Source: Candidatus Latescibacterota bacterium (GTDB lineage Bacteria; Latescibacterota; UBA2968; GCA-2709665). Taken from it: a DNA stretch of 64,000 nt. The notes beneath the pieces were generated by a model. That model was not told the origin of the DNA, searched no databases, and was given only the letters and a program-made list of their open reading frames with translations. Location of the stretch: contig OZ242358.1 of the NCBI GenBank assembly GCA_965208835.1, positions 1,664,001 through 1,728,000 of the forward strand, read 5' to 3'. Position numbers and translations under genes: made by a program. This document shows, in pieces, positions 48,301 to 57,549 of the stretch (its first letter is position 1; every line of letters begins with the position of its first letter).

Positions 48301-50016
48301 ATGGACAACCGGGAGGTCGCGGAAATCCTGGAAGAGATGGCCACGTTGATGGAATTGAACGGCGACGGCGGTTTTCGCATACGCGCGTACGCCAATGCCG
48401 CCCGGGCAATCGATTCCCTTGGGGATCCGGTTGCGGCGCTGGCAGCATCGGGAACGCTGGTTTCGGTCCGGGGAATCGGAAAGAGTCTCGCGGGCCGGAT
48501 CGGCGAACTCGTGGAAACCGGCCATCTGTCCGGTCTGGATGAATTGAAGGCGTCGGTCCCGGAGGGATTGATGGAAATGACTGAAATACCGGGACTTGGG
48601 GCCAAACGAGTTCGCGCGATCTACGAAGAGTTGGGCATCGTGGACATCGATGCGCTCTCCAGAGCCTGCGATTCAGGCGATCTCGAGGCGATGAGCGGAT
48701 TCGGCCGGAAGACCGCCGAACGGATCGCACACGGCATTCAATACATGCAGAAGCACCGGGGGCAGTTTCTGTGCAATGGCGCAGGCCACGACGCGGCAGG
48801 GATTCGTGCATTTCTCGAGGACCAGGCAAACGTTGATCGCGTGGCCATGGCCGGATCGATCCGGCGCCGCAGCGAAACGCACAGCGCCCTGGATCTCGTC
48901 GCGTGCACAAGGGATCCCGACGGGCTGGTCGGGGCATTTACCGGTTATGGAGAAGTGGAGGAGGTAGTCGAAGCCGGGGAAACGCGGGTGAGTGTCGTGT
49001 TGGAGTCGGGCATGCGCGCAAACCTGTGGCTGGTGGCGGCGGCGGCGTTTCCGACTGCGCTGCATCACGTGACGGGAAACGAGGCGCATGTTGAGCAGAT
49101 GCGGGACAGAGCGTCTGAAATGGGTCTGCGGTTGGACGAGTACGGATTGTTCGACGGCGAGCGTCGAATCCCCTGCGGAGACGAGGCCGCGATGTTCGAA
49201 GCGCTGGGGCTGTCCGAAATCCCGCCGGAACTGCGCGAGGGTGGAAACGAGGTCCGGCTGGCAGGCGCCGGTGAACTGCCTGCTCTTGTGTCACGCGCCG
49301 ACCTCCGAGGGACATTGCACATTCATACCCGGCACAGCGACGGCCGTGCGGACGTCATGGAGATGGCGAAGGCGGCGGCAGATCTGGGTTACGAGTATAT
49401 CGGGATTTGCGACCACAGCAAGGCCGCGGCCTATGCAAACGGTCTGACCGAGGACAGGGTCCGCGTCCAGTGGGAGGAAATTGACAGCGTGAACGCTGAA
49501 CTCGAAGATGTCCGGGTGTTGAAGGGCATCGAGGTGGACATACTCGGCGACGGACGGCTGGATTTCGAGGACGAATTCCTCTCTGAGTTCGAAGTCGTCG
49601 TGGCGTCGGTGCATTCCAGGTTCGGCATGACCGAATCCGAGGCGACGGAGCGGATCGTGCGTGCGGTCCGGAATCCTCACGTGCATATCCTGGGACATCC
49701 CACGGGGCGATTGCTGCTTTCGCGAGAGGGTTACCCGCTGGATCACCGCGCCGTCATCGACGCGGCGGCGGAGGCGAATACCGCCATCGAGCTGAATGCA
49801 AATCCGCGGCGGCTGGACATGGACTGGCGGCATATCGGATACGCGAGGGAAAAAGGCGTGAAGATTTCCATTAATACCGATGCCCACAGCATAGAGGGAC
49901 TGGAGCAGATGGAGTACGGACTCGGGGTCGGCCGTAAGGGTGGACTGACCGCCGCGGACGTTCTGAACGCGATGACCCTGGATGACTATCAGGCCTGGTG
50001 CGCGGAATCCAAATAA
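48301..50016 (+). CDS. polX: family X DNA polymerase with PHP domain (polymerase site degenerate)
   Basis: RIRAY, HhH motifs GIGKS/GLGAK, GSIRR, IPPELRE; PHP motifs HIHT..SDG, DHS, HPTGR, NTDAH. Confidence 0.92.
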   Translation: MDNREVAEILEEMATLMELNGDGGFRIRAYANAARAIDSLGDPVAALAASGTLVSVRGIGKSLAGRIGELVETGHLSGLDELKASVPEGLMEMTEIPGLGAKRVRAIYEELGIVDIDALSRACDSGDLEAMSGFGRKTAERIAHGIQYMQKHRGQFLCNGAGHDAAGIRAFLEDQANVDRVAMAGSIRRRSETHSALDLVACTRDPDGLVGAFTGYGEVEEVVEAGETRVSVVLESGMRANLWLVAAAAFPTALHHVTGNEAHVEQMRDRASEMGLRLDEYGLFDGERRIPCGDEAAMFEALGLSEIPPELREGGNEVRLAGAGELPALVSRADLRGTLHIHTRHSDGRADVMEMAKAAADLGYEYIGICDHSKAAAYANGLTEDRVRVQWEEIDSVNAELEDVRVLKGIEVDILGDGRLDFEDEFLSEFEVVVASVHSRFGMTESEATERIVRAVRNPHVHILGHPTGRLLLSREGYPLDHRAVIDAAAEANTAIELNANPRRLDMDWRHIGYAREKGVKISINTDAHSIEGLEQMEYGLGVGRKGGLTAADVLNAMTLDDYQAWCAESK

Positions 50017-50021
50017 ACGGG

Positions 50022-50345
50022 AAACATGGATGGACAGGATTATCAGGATAAAGACCACAGGCTTAGATGCGTCAGTCGTACTCGCTTTGGTTGAACGATT
50101 ATGCCTCTAGCAACCTATAGTTTTCATGCTCAACAGCAGTGATAGAGCCGGTCGAAGCTAGCTTGTCGAAGCGGTCGCTGAACTTACCAAAACGTGGTCA
50201 CTGAGCTTGTCGAAGTGCCGTGTATCGCCATCAGATAGGTCCCCCAAACCGCCCTGCGCCGACTTCTGCGCCGTCAGGTTTGGGTAATTTTCCGGGTTTT
50301 CCCATATTTCGCCTTTAATCCTGCCTATCCTGTGTATCCATGTTT
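50022..50345. repeat. REP-like island: inverted ~32-bp pair enclosing CTGAGCTTGTCGAAG-type units
   Basis: AAACATGGATGGACAGGATTATCAGGATAAAG (50022-50053) matches the reverse complement of 50313-50345. GTCGAAG units lie at 50145-50217. Confidence 0.7.
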
Positions 50346-50402
50346 GAAGTCGTTCGCAGCCATTCGCCGAAGGTCACCAACTGCAACTGACAGGGAGGTC
50401 GC

Positions 50403-51140
50403 GTGACCCGCGAGGAGATTTTCGACACAGTCCAGTCTCTTGCCGGAGAGAAGGACCTCTACGCCGCCAGCGAGTTTGTACTCGGACTCTGGGATGAGAC
50501 CGAGGTGGCGAAGGTTTTTGAAGACCTCATGCTCGACTGTTATTGGAAGGCGAAGTCGGTGGCGCAGGTGATCCACTTTGCCAACGCGGGCATCCACTAT
50601 TGTCTCGCCCAGGCGTGCGAACGCGATGAGGGCGACAATTCCGCGAGGGAGTTTCGGTTCGCCGCCAAGAGGTTGGCCACCAACGCCGCGTCCTTCACGT
50701 GGATTGGCTGGGACGAACCGGGCGTTGAGATTTCGCCCGATCAGATGCGGCACGGAATCGCCTTCGCGCGGTACGCCGTTCGGCAACTCCACGACCTGGA
50801 CCCGACCGACGCGCAGCTTGCCTTTACATACTGGTATCTCGGCGCGCATCTCATGGCGGAGGGGTCCTACGCGGAGGCGCTGGCGGTGTTTATTACGACG
50901 AAGGATTACAACGAATCGGCCGGCGACAATCCGGACTACCAGACCATGATCGAAGGATACATCGGGATGGCGAAGATCCTGTCGGGCGACGACGAAGCCG
51001 GCGAATCGGAATTCGACGCATCAATCGCCGCGCTGGAAGCCCGCGAAGGCGAAGACGCCGCGTTCTTCGCAAAGCAACTCGTGGACGTTCGGGCATTATT
51101 TGAGAAGCGCAAGTCGGCAGACGCGGAGGCAGGGCGATAA
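50403..51140 (+). CDS. alpha-helical (TPR-like) protein of unknown function
   Basis: GGAGG RBS with GTG start; codon usage typical of the window; helical repeats. Confidence 0.7.
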   Translation: MTREEIFDTVQSLAGEKDLYAASEFVLGLWDETEVAKVFEDLMLDCYWKAKSVAQVIHFANAGIHYCLAQACERDEGDNSAREFRFAAKRLATNAASFTWIGWDEPGVEISPDQMRHGIAFARYAVRQLHDLDPTDAQLAFTYWYLGAHLMAEGSYAEALAVFITTKDYNESAGDNPDYQTMIEGYIGMAKILSGDDEAGESEFDASIAALEAREGEDAAFFAKQLVDVRALFEKRKSADAEAGR

Positions 51141-51181
51141 CGGGCACCTCTCCCATCAGCTGCAGTCGGGGCCGTTTCTCA

Positions 51182-51221
51182 CACAAAGGCACAAAGGCAC
51201 AAAGACACAAAGACGCAGAGG
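51182..51221 (+). repeat. tandem octamer CACAAAGR x4 plus one degenerate unit
   Basis: cacaaagg cacaaagg cacaaaga cacaaaga cgcagagg. Confidence 0.8.
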
Positions 51222-51277
51222 GGAAACCAAAAACCCATCACTGTCGCATTTTGCGACAGCTTGCCTAATGCCGGTTG

Positions 51278-51465
51278 CCTAAACCAGCTTCACGTTGTTC
51301 AGCCGCAACCAAATAGACGGAAGTGAACGTCTGAGCCCGTTCGGCGGTGCAATTACTCCCCCGTTGAGGGGGAGTCGCAGAAGCCGAGCCCGTCCCCTGA
51401 GCACTCGCCCTGAGCCTGTCGAAGGGTGTCGAAGGGTCGGCGACGGCTGATGCGATGGGGGGATT
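51278..51465. repeat. composite repeat with nested REP-like units
   Basis: Contains a CTCCCCCGTTGAGGGGGAG hairpin and CCGCAACCAAA. A diverged inverted copy lies at 63515-63724. Confidence 0.65.
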
Positions 51466-51764
51466 TCTACGCCTTGCGGTATGCAAGCAGCATGATTATT
51501 TTTCTACGGATTTTGCATTGAAGTTGCACTGTAAAGATCTACGGATCGGTAATTGAAGACGTAAGAAGACCTCACCGCACCTCGCCGGTCAGGCGTTTAG
51601 GGTTGAATTGAACCGGTATTTTCGCCCAATTGTAGAAAAGCGATTGCACAGTATTATCAGGTTTGATATATTCGCTATCAGGTCCGGATAAAGTCAGTAG
51701 CGCCCGTCCCGATACCTTAAGTGCAAGGACTTTGGTACAACGGATGACTCTCCAGGAGGAACCA

Positions 51765-51950
51765 ATGGCTGCGAGAAATTTAACCGCGGTGATTACAAAA
51801 GAGGATGATTTGTATGTTGCCGATTGTCCGGCATTGGGTACGGTAAGCCAGGGCGCATCTCCGAAAGAAGCGTTGGAGAACCTCAAGGAGGCAACAACAC
51901 TCTACCTTGAAGAAACCGGTGCTACGGTGACGGAGTTTAAGATTGCCTAA
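51765..51950 (+). CDS. hicB: HicB-family antitoxin (short, no DNA-binding domain)
   Basis: YVADCPALGTVSQG.S..EALENLKEA..LYLE; AGGAGG RBS. Confidence 0.88.
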   Translation: MAARNLTAVITKEDDLYVADCPALGTVSQGASPKEALENLKEATTLYLEETGATVTEFKIA

Positions 51951-52173
51951 ATTGCCATCGGACAAATCCGGCAACGACGTAATAGCGGCATTGGAAAGAC
52001 TTGGATTCAGTTTTGTGAGGCAAAGTGGAAGCCATGTTGTCCTAAGGCGACTCGATCCGATTAAAAACAGAGTGGCGGTTGTTCCTGCGCACAAACGTCT
52101 GGCGCGCGGCACCATTAGCGGAATTCTCAAACAGGCGGGCATTGATCGGGACGAGTTTCTAAGTGTCATATAA
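51943..52173 (+). CDS. hicA: HicA-family mRNase toxin
   Basis: LERLGF...RQSGSH...VPAH...GTISGILKQAG; overlaps hicB. Confidence 0.9.
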   Translation: MPKLPSDKSGNDVIAALERLGFSFVRQSGSHVVLRRLDPIKNRVAVVPAHKRLARGTISGILKQAGIDRDEFLSVI

Positions 52174-52196
52174 ACATTTAAAAACGCTACACTTGA

Positions 52197-52226
52197 GGGT
52201 TTGTCGGCTAGAGCGACAAACCCTTT
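52197..52226 (+). terminator. terminator hairpin after hicBA
   Basis: AGGGTTTGTCG/CGACAAACCCT perfect 11-bp stem. Confidence 0.65.
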
Positions 52227-52495
52227 GGTACGTAGAACCTATACTGCCACGGCATTGGCCGCGAATCCACGACGTGCAAGCGGTACTTTGGCTTGAATCC
52301 ATTCCATCTTGCTGATACGTTGCCAGGTCAGTTAGATCTGTTCCTTTTGACAGTCCTCAGCCGGATTCCTTGAGGCCAATCCTCAATGAGCGACGAATTG
52401 AGCGCGGAAGCCGCCGGAGCATTACTTGGAGCATTTCATCGGCATGCCCTGCTCCGTCCGGCGCGCTCGATCAGGTTCGGAGTCGACCGCACCCC

Positions 52496-54049
52496 ATGAA
52501 CGTCAAGGACCGTCTGCTCCTGTCCGGCCGTAACCTCCTCGGCAGTCTGTCGCGCGACGCCGGCTACCTGCCGTACTGGCACATGGCCGTCGACGGTGAT
52601 CTCCGCGCCATGTACCAGTTCCGGCCCTATTGCACCGGACACAACGTGGGACGCTGGTGGAACGCAATGCTGCGGCTCGAGCACGCCGCCGGCTTTGAGA
52701 TCCCCGTGGAGATCGAAGCGGCGATGCTGGAAAACAGCCGACGCCTGTGCGACAACGCCAGCGGCATCTTCCTCGAGGACGTCGACCCCCGGGATCCGGC
52801 AACCTGGTACATCCACTCCTACCGCGAGACCATGCTGTCCTTCGGACTGCTTGTCGAATGCCGCGGCAGCGGCCGTGCCGCCGTGTGGGGCCGCCGGGCG
52901 ATCGAGGGGATGAGCCGCGCCAGCCGGGACGTGATGGTGTGGCGTTTCTCGTTCGACGGCGGACCTGCCCGCGCGAAGCATGGCAACAGCGCCTCCCCGG
53001 CCTACACCCACGGCCGCGCCATCGAGGGCCTGCTCTGTTTTCACGCGGCCACCGGCGAGCCCGCCGCCCTCGAGGAAGCGGAGCGGCTGGCCGATTTCCA
53101 CTTTGGATACCTGCTGAACGCGGACGGCAGCCTCGCGGCGGGCTGCGGCCATCACACCCACTCGTACCTCAACACCCTCCGCGGCCTGCTGATGCTGGCC
53201 GCGCTCCAGGAATCGCGCGAACGCCAGGAGCTGATCTACAAGACCTACCGGGAGGCGGTAACCGGAATGATCACCCGCTCGGGGTTCGTCACCCACGACA
53301 TCGGCGACCGCTACGGCGGCGACATCGCCTCGGCCGGGGACATCGCCCACATCGCCCTGTTGCTGTGGGACATATACGCCGACCCCGGACTGCTCGACGA
53401 TGCCGAGCGCATCGCGCGGGCCCGTCTGTTTCCGGCGCAGGTGCGGGAACCGGTTCCGATCCGGCCTGCCGAAGCAGCCGACGCCCGCGACTGCTACCGC
53501 AACTTATCCAACCGCTTCGTGGGCGCCATTGGCGGCTCGGTAGGCCACGTCAGGGGCCAGACCTGCGTCACTGATTTCACCGCCTCTGCCCTGCACAGCC
53601 TTATCGAGCTCTGGACCCGGACCGTCGACGTCGAGGAAGAGTTCGTCCGCGTCAACTTCCATTTCGACTACGAACTGCCGGAGGTGAGGGTGAGGGCGGA
53701 ACGCAGCGAAAGCGGGGCCCGGGTCACCGTTGTCAACCGAACCGGAAAGGAGCTTCGCCTGCGTTATCCGGGCTGGGCGGATGAGGAGACCTGCTCGGTG
53801 ACCGTCGACGGGCGGCCTGTCGAGGCAACGGTGGAGAACGGGTTCGTGGTGGTGGCGCAGGGCGAAGGGGCGGCGACCAGCGAACTGCGCTTCGCCCTGC
53901 CCGAGTACGAGGAGGACGAACTGTCACGGGACGCGTCCGCCGAAGAAGACACGGTGACCTTTCGCTGGCGCGGCGACGAGATCGCAGACGTCAGCAGCGG
54001 CGGGCCCTACATGGAGCCGCATCCGGCATTGTGCCGGTCGCTGCTGTAG
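52496..54049 (+). CDS. (alpha/alpha)6-barrel protein, distantly GH127-like
   Basis: GRAIEGLL, GHHTHS, C-terminal beta domain LRLRYPGWA...VTVDG...NGFV. Confidence 0.55.
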   Translation: MNVKDRLLLSGRNLLGSLSRDAGYLPYWHMAVDGDLRAMYQFRPYCTGHNVGRWWNAMLRLEHAAGFEIPVEIEAAMLENSRRLCDNASGIFLEDVDPRDPATWYIHSYRETMLSFGLLVECRGSGRAAVWGRRAIEGMSRASRDVMVWRFSFDGGPARAKHGNSASPAYTHGRAIEGLLCFHAATGEPAALEEAERLADFHFGYLLNADGSLAAGCGHHTHSYLNTLRGLLMLAALQESRERQELIYKTYREAVTGMITRSGFVTHDIGDRYGGDIASAGDIAHIALLLWDIYADPGLLDDAERIARARLFPAQVREPVPIRPAEAADARDCYRNLSNRFVGAIGGSVGHVRGQTCVTDFTASALHSLIELWTRTVDVEEEFVRVNFHFDYELPEVRVRAERSESGARVTVVNRTGKELRLRYPGWADEETCSVTVDGRPVEATVENGFVVVAQGEGAATSELRFALPEYEEDELSRDASAEEDTVTFRWRGDEIADVSSGGPYMEPHPALCRSLL

Positions 54050-54114
54050 GAAGGTTGCCGGCACATTGTGGATGGAAAAGACGGGTCCTTACCCGATACA
54101 GGAATCTAACTTCA

Positions 54115-57100
54115 TCATTCAGCCGTTAACGATTTTTCGGCTTCTGCCGCCGCATCCCGCACTGCGCCTTCCAGGTCTTCCAGCCTGACCTCGCGTTTGG
54201 GTTGGAGGAAGACGAACACGACTTCCTTGATATCTTTGCCCGTGGCCGACCGGATGGCGTGGGCGTAGGCGCCACCCTGGAGGCGATAGTCCTCCTTGAG
54301 GGGGCCGGATGCCTCCGCCGGAATGACGGAATCGGTCTTGAAATCCACCACCACAAGGTCGCCCTCTTCTTCGAACAAAAGATCGATGAAGCCGTGCAGG
54401 GAGCCATCGCCGATTGCGACCGCTACGGGTACCTCGCGCCAGAAACGGCCTGTACCCACGGCCCGTCTCACGACGTCGCTCTGTACGGCAACGCGAGACA
54501 GCCGGGCGATCTCATCGTGGCGGCCGGGTATGCCCTCCGCGGCGGCTTGAGCCCGGGCACGATCAACAATATCGGCGCCCGTATCAAGGTCGATCGCCTG
54601 AAGCACGGCGTGTACCGCCCGGCCCACCGACGTTCCCGCGCGTCCTCGGCGCCAGGGTTCCCGAGATTCGGGTTCCTCCTCTTCCTCCCTCGAATCGCTT
54701 CCCAACGACGTCGCCGATACGGACGAACGACGACCCACATCCGCGAACAACGCCTCGCGTTTCGTCAACCACGTGTTACGCGCCGCGACGGAGTGATCTA
54801 CGGCATCTCCAGGGTCCGTCGCGTCGCCAGGCGCCGCATCCTGAAGAAGCGTTTCAACGGGACCATCCACGCAGACGGATTCCCAAAGCTCCGGTGCTTC
54901 TGCCAGGTGCCTGGATATTGCGCCCGCCGGGGACTTCGCGCCGCCTTTCGCCCGCCGTCGCAGGCTCAGCACGAGGTGGTCGCGGGCGCGGGTGGCGGCC
55001 ACGTACATCAGACGGATATATTCCGCGTCGGACATCCTTTTCTCGGTCTCGGCGAGTTTTTCGAACCCATCGGTGACAAAACCGAGTGCTTTTGGGCCAA
55101 GTCTCACTTCGACGGCGCCCGAGTCGCGGTCGACGAGCACAGCGTCGGTCGCGCCTCTTCTCTCTGAATTGATCCCCGTCAGAATGATCACGGGAAACTC
55201 GAGACCCTTGGCGGCGTGAACGGTCATGACCCTTACGGCCTGTTCATCCGATTCCGGCACCGGAGTCTCCGTGACGCGGGCCCGTTCGTTCATCTGATCC
55301 TCCACCCACGCCAGAAAGGCCCGAAGCGACGTTCCCCCGGCCTCGGCGAACTGGCGCGCCCGTTCCACCAGAAAACGGTATCTGCGCCACTGCTCACGCA
55401 TGCGAGGATGCCCGGTCGCCGCTTCCATCAGTCCGCGGTTCCGGACAAATCGGTCGATGAAACTGCCGGGCGATTCCCAAAGACGCTTGCCATGGTAGGC
55501 GCTGAGTTCGCCGAGAGCGTCTGACACCGGGCCGGCGCCGCGAACGTTGCGTGACTGCAGATAATCGATTCCACCCCCGGCTTCAAAGTGCCTGAGCAGA
55601 TCGACATCGCTGCATCCGAAAGCCGGCGAACGGAGCGCCGCGACAACGGCGACCTGATCGCCGGGATCGTCGATGGCCCTGAGGCAATTCAACAGGTCGC
55701 GTATTTCCTGCGTTTCGAATATGAGCGACGCACTCTCCAGGCGGTAAGGGATTCCCGCGGCTTCAAGGCCCCTTTCCAATATCGAAACGCCGGTACGGCC
55801 GGGCATCAGAATGCAGACGTCGGAATACGCGACCGGTGCGTAGGTCTCTCTTCGGTTGGCCTCTGTAGACTGACTGTCCAGTTTCTGCCATTTGTCTTCT
55901 GTCATTCGATGAATCAGCGCGGCGATTTCCGTCGCTTCCATTTTGCGGATCCCGGCGATGTCGCCTTCCACCGCCTCGTCGGACAGCGCCCATACCTCTG
56001 GGCCGATGCCCGACGCCGGTCCACCGATCCAGCGCGGCGCCATGTCTTCATACCCTGCCTGGTAGTATCCCTCCGCTTTGGCTCGTTCCCGGTCCTGCCC
56101 CATCCATTGCCCAAAGAGACAGTTGACCCAGGTAACGAGCTTCCGGTGCGATCGGAAATTCTGCGACAGGTTGACCGTGCGGCCGCCCACAAGCGCCATC
56201 CGTTTCTTCACCCGTTCCATTTGAGCCACGTCGGCCCGGCGAAACCGGTAGATCGACTGCTTGGGATCGCCTACGGCGAATATCGCGCCACTCCTGGGTT
56301 CCACCTGGTCCCATGCTCGGGGACGGGCATCGTCCGTACATCCCGGCGGTACGTCTTCGCAAAGGAACATGGCGATTTCGGCCTGTATCGGATCGGTGTC
56401 CTGGACTTCGTCGATGAGCACGTGCGTAAAGCGCCCTCGAAAGTGGTCCCGCACCGGGACATTGTCGCGGAGCAGGTCGCGAGCCCAGACCAGCAGGTCG
56501 TGGAATTCCGCCCGGCCTTCGGATCGCCTCTTCCCGGCGTAATCCAGAGCGAACTGCCGTACCCCCGCGAGAATCGGATTCAAGACAACGCGTCGGACAA
56601 GATTCAATTCAGTTTCTGTAGCAGCGTGCAACTCATTGAGGTGTTCCTTGAGAACTTTACAGGCGTTGGTTCCCGTCTCAGGGTCGACGCGCCAATCCTT
56701 CTGGCTGCCCCTGCCGCATTTCAGCGGCAGCATCTGACCGAGCAGATGGTAGGCGATGGGCGATCCCGGATCGGCTTCCGCGAGCCTGCGTACGGCTCCC
56801 GACCTGCTCTGAACGTGGAGATACAACGTGTCGTCGTCGCCGGATTTCGAGTACTGGCAGAGACGTTCCAGTTCCGGCCACGTCTTCAAGAGCGTCTCAA
56901 CCGCTTTGCCGTCCGCGCGAGGCGAAAAATCGAAGCTTTTTCCGCGAATGTCGGCGTAGTTTTCGTGAAATTCCCTGGCGGTGCTTCGCAGATGGTCAAG
57001 GGTCATGCCCAGCGTGAGGGCCAGCGCGAGGTGAGGCGCGAGAATCGAGTCTTCCTCCAGCATGACGTCGATCCAGTGTTCCCATGCTTCATTGAACCGA

Positions 57101-57549
57101 ATTCCCGCGGTGATGTCATCCGTCGTTTCGAAGCCCGGCGGCAAACCCGCTTCCAGCGGCCTTTCGTGGAGCAGCGTCGCGGCGAATGAATGCAGCGTCT
57201 GTATGGCGGCCTGGTCCAGATCCTTGATTCCATCGACACAGCGTGTACGGTCGTCCTCGCAACGGGTTGCATCGGCGGCCGCCTCCTCCAATCCCTGGCG
57301 CACCCGGTCCCGTAACTCCGACGCAGCCGCTTCGGTGAAGGTTATGGCTGCAGTCCGGTCCAGCGTCGCCTCTCCCGTTGCGACCAGGTTCACGACCCGT
57401 TTCACGAGGCTAGTCGTCTTGCCGGTACCGGCGCTGGCTTCGACGAACAGCGTTCCCTCCAGGTCCTCTTCGATGATGCGGCGGGAACATGCGTCAGCAG
57501 GTCTGAACTGCGTCTGGACGTTACCTGAACGGGTCGGTTGAGCCGTCAT
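54115..57549 (-). CDS. addA: AddA/RecB-like UvrD helicase-nuclease
   Basis: ASAGTGKT, TFT, DEVQD, GDPKQSIYRFR, TVHAAKGLEF, YVAATRA; nuclease IDLL..VDFKT..Q...Y. Confidence 0.85.
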   Translation of the reverse strand: MTAQPTRSGNVQTQFRPADACSRRIIEEDLEGTLFVEASAGTGKTTSLVKRVVNLVATGEATLDRTAAITFTEAAASELRDRVRQGLEEAAADATRCEDDRTRCVDGIKDLDQAAIQTLHSFAATLLHERPLEAGLPPGFETTDDITAGIRFNEAWEHWIDVMLEEDSILAPHLALALTLGMTLDHLRSTAREFHENYADIRGKSFDFSPRADGKAVETLLKTWPELERLCQYSKSGDDDTLYLHVQSRSGAVRRLAEADPGSPIAYHLLGQMLPLKCGRGSQKDWRVDPETGTNACKVLKEHLNELHAATETELNLVRRVVLNPILAGVRQFALDYAGKRRSEGRAEFHDLLVWARDLLRDNVPVRDHFRGRFTHVLIDEVQDTDPIQAEIAMFLCEDVPPGCTDDARPRAWDQVEPRSGAIFAVGDPKQSIYRFRRADVAQMERVKKRMALVGGRTVNLSQNFRSHRKLVTWVNCLFGQWMGQDRERAKAEGYYQAGYEDMAPRWIGGPASGIGPEVWALSDEAVEGDIAGIRKMEATEIAALIHRMTEDKWQKLDSQSTEANRRETYAPVAYSDVCILMPGRTGVSILERGLEAAGIPYRLESASLIFETQEIRDLLNCLRAIDDPGDQVAVVAALRSPAFGCSDVDLLRHFEAGGGIDYLQSRNVRGAGPVSDALGELSAYHGKRLWESPGSFIDRFVRNRGLMEAATGHPRMREQWRRYRFLVERARQFAEAGGTSLRAFLAWVEDQMNERARVTETPVPESDEQAVRVMTVHAAKGLEFPVIILTGINSERRGATDAVLVDRDSGAVEVRLGPKALGFVTDGFEKLAETEKRMSDAEYIRLMYVAATRARDHLVLSLRRRAKGGAKSPAGAISRHLAEAPELWESVCVDGPVETLLQDAAPGDATDPGDAVDHSVAARNTWLTKREALFADVGRRSSVSATSLGSDSREEEEEPESREPWRRGRAGTSVGRAVHAVLQAIDLDTGADIVDRARAQAAAEGIPGRHDEIARLSRVAVQSDVVRRAVGTGRFWREVPVAVAIGDGSLHGFIDLLFEEEGDLVVVDFKTDSVIPAEASGPLKEDYRLQGGAYAHAIRSATGKDIKEVVFVFLQPKREVRLEDLEGAVRDAAAEAEKSLTAE

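Noticed and set aside
50145-50217. Possible mini CRISPR array
   Set aside because: Units are short, degenerate and nearly adjacent, with no spacer-length unique sequences and no cas genes.
55588-57189. 533-aa plus-strand ORF
   Set aside because: Antisense shadow of addA.
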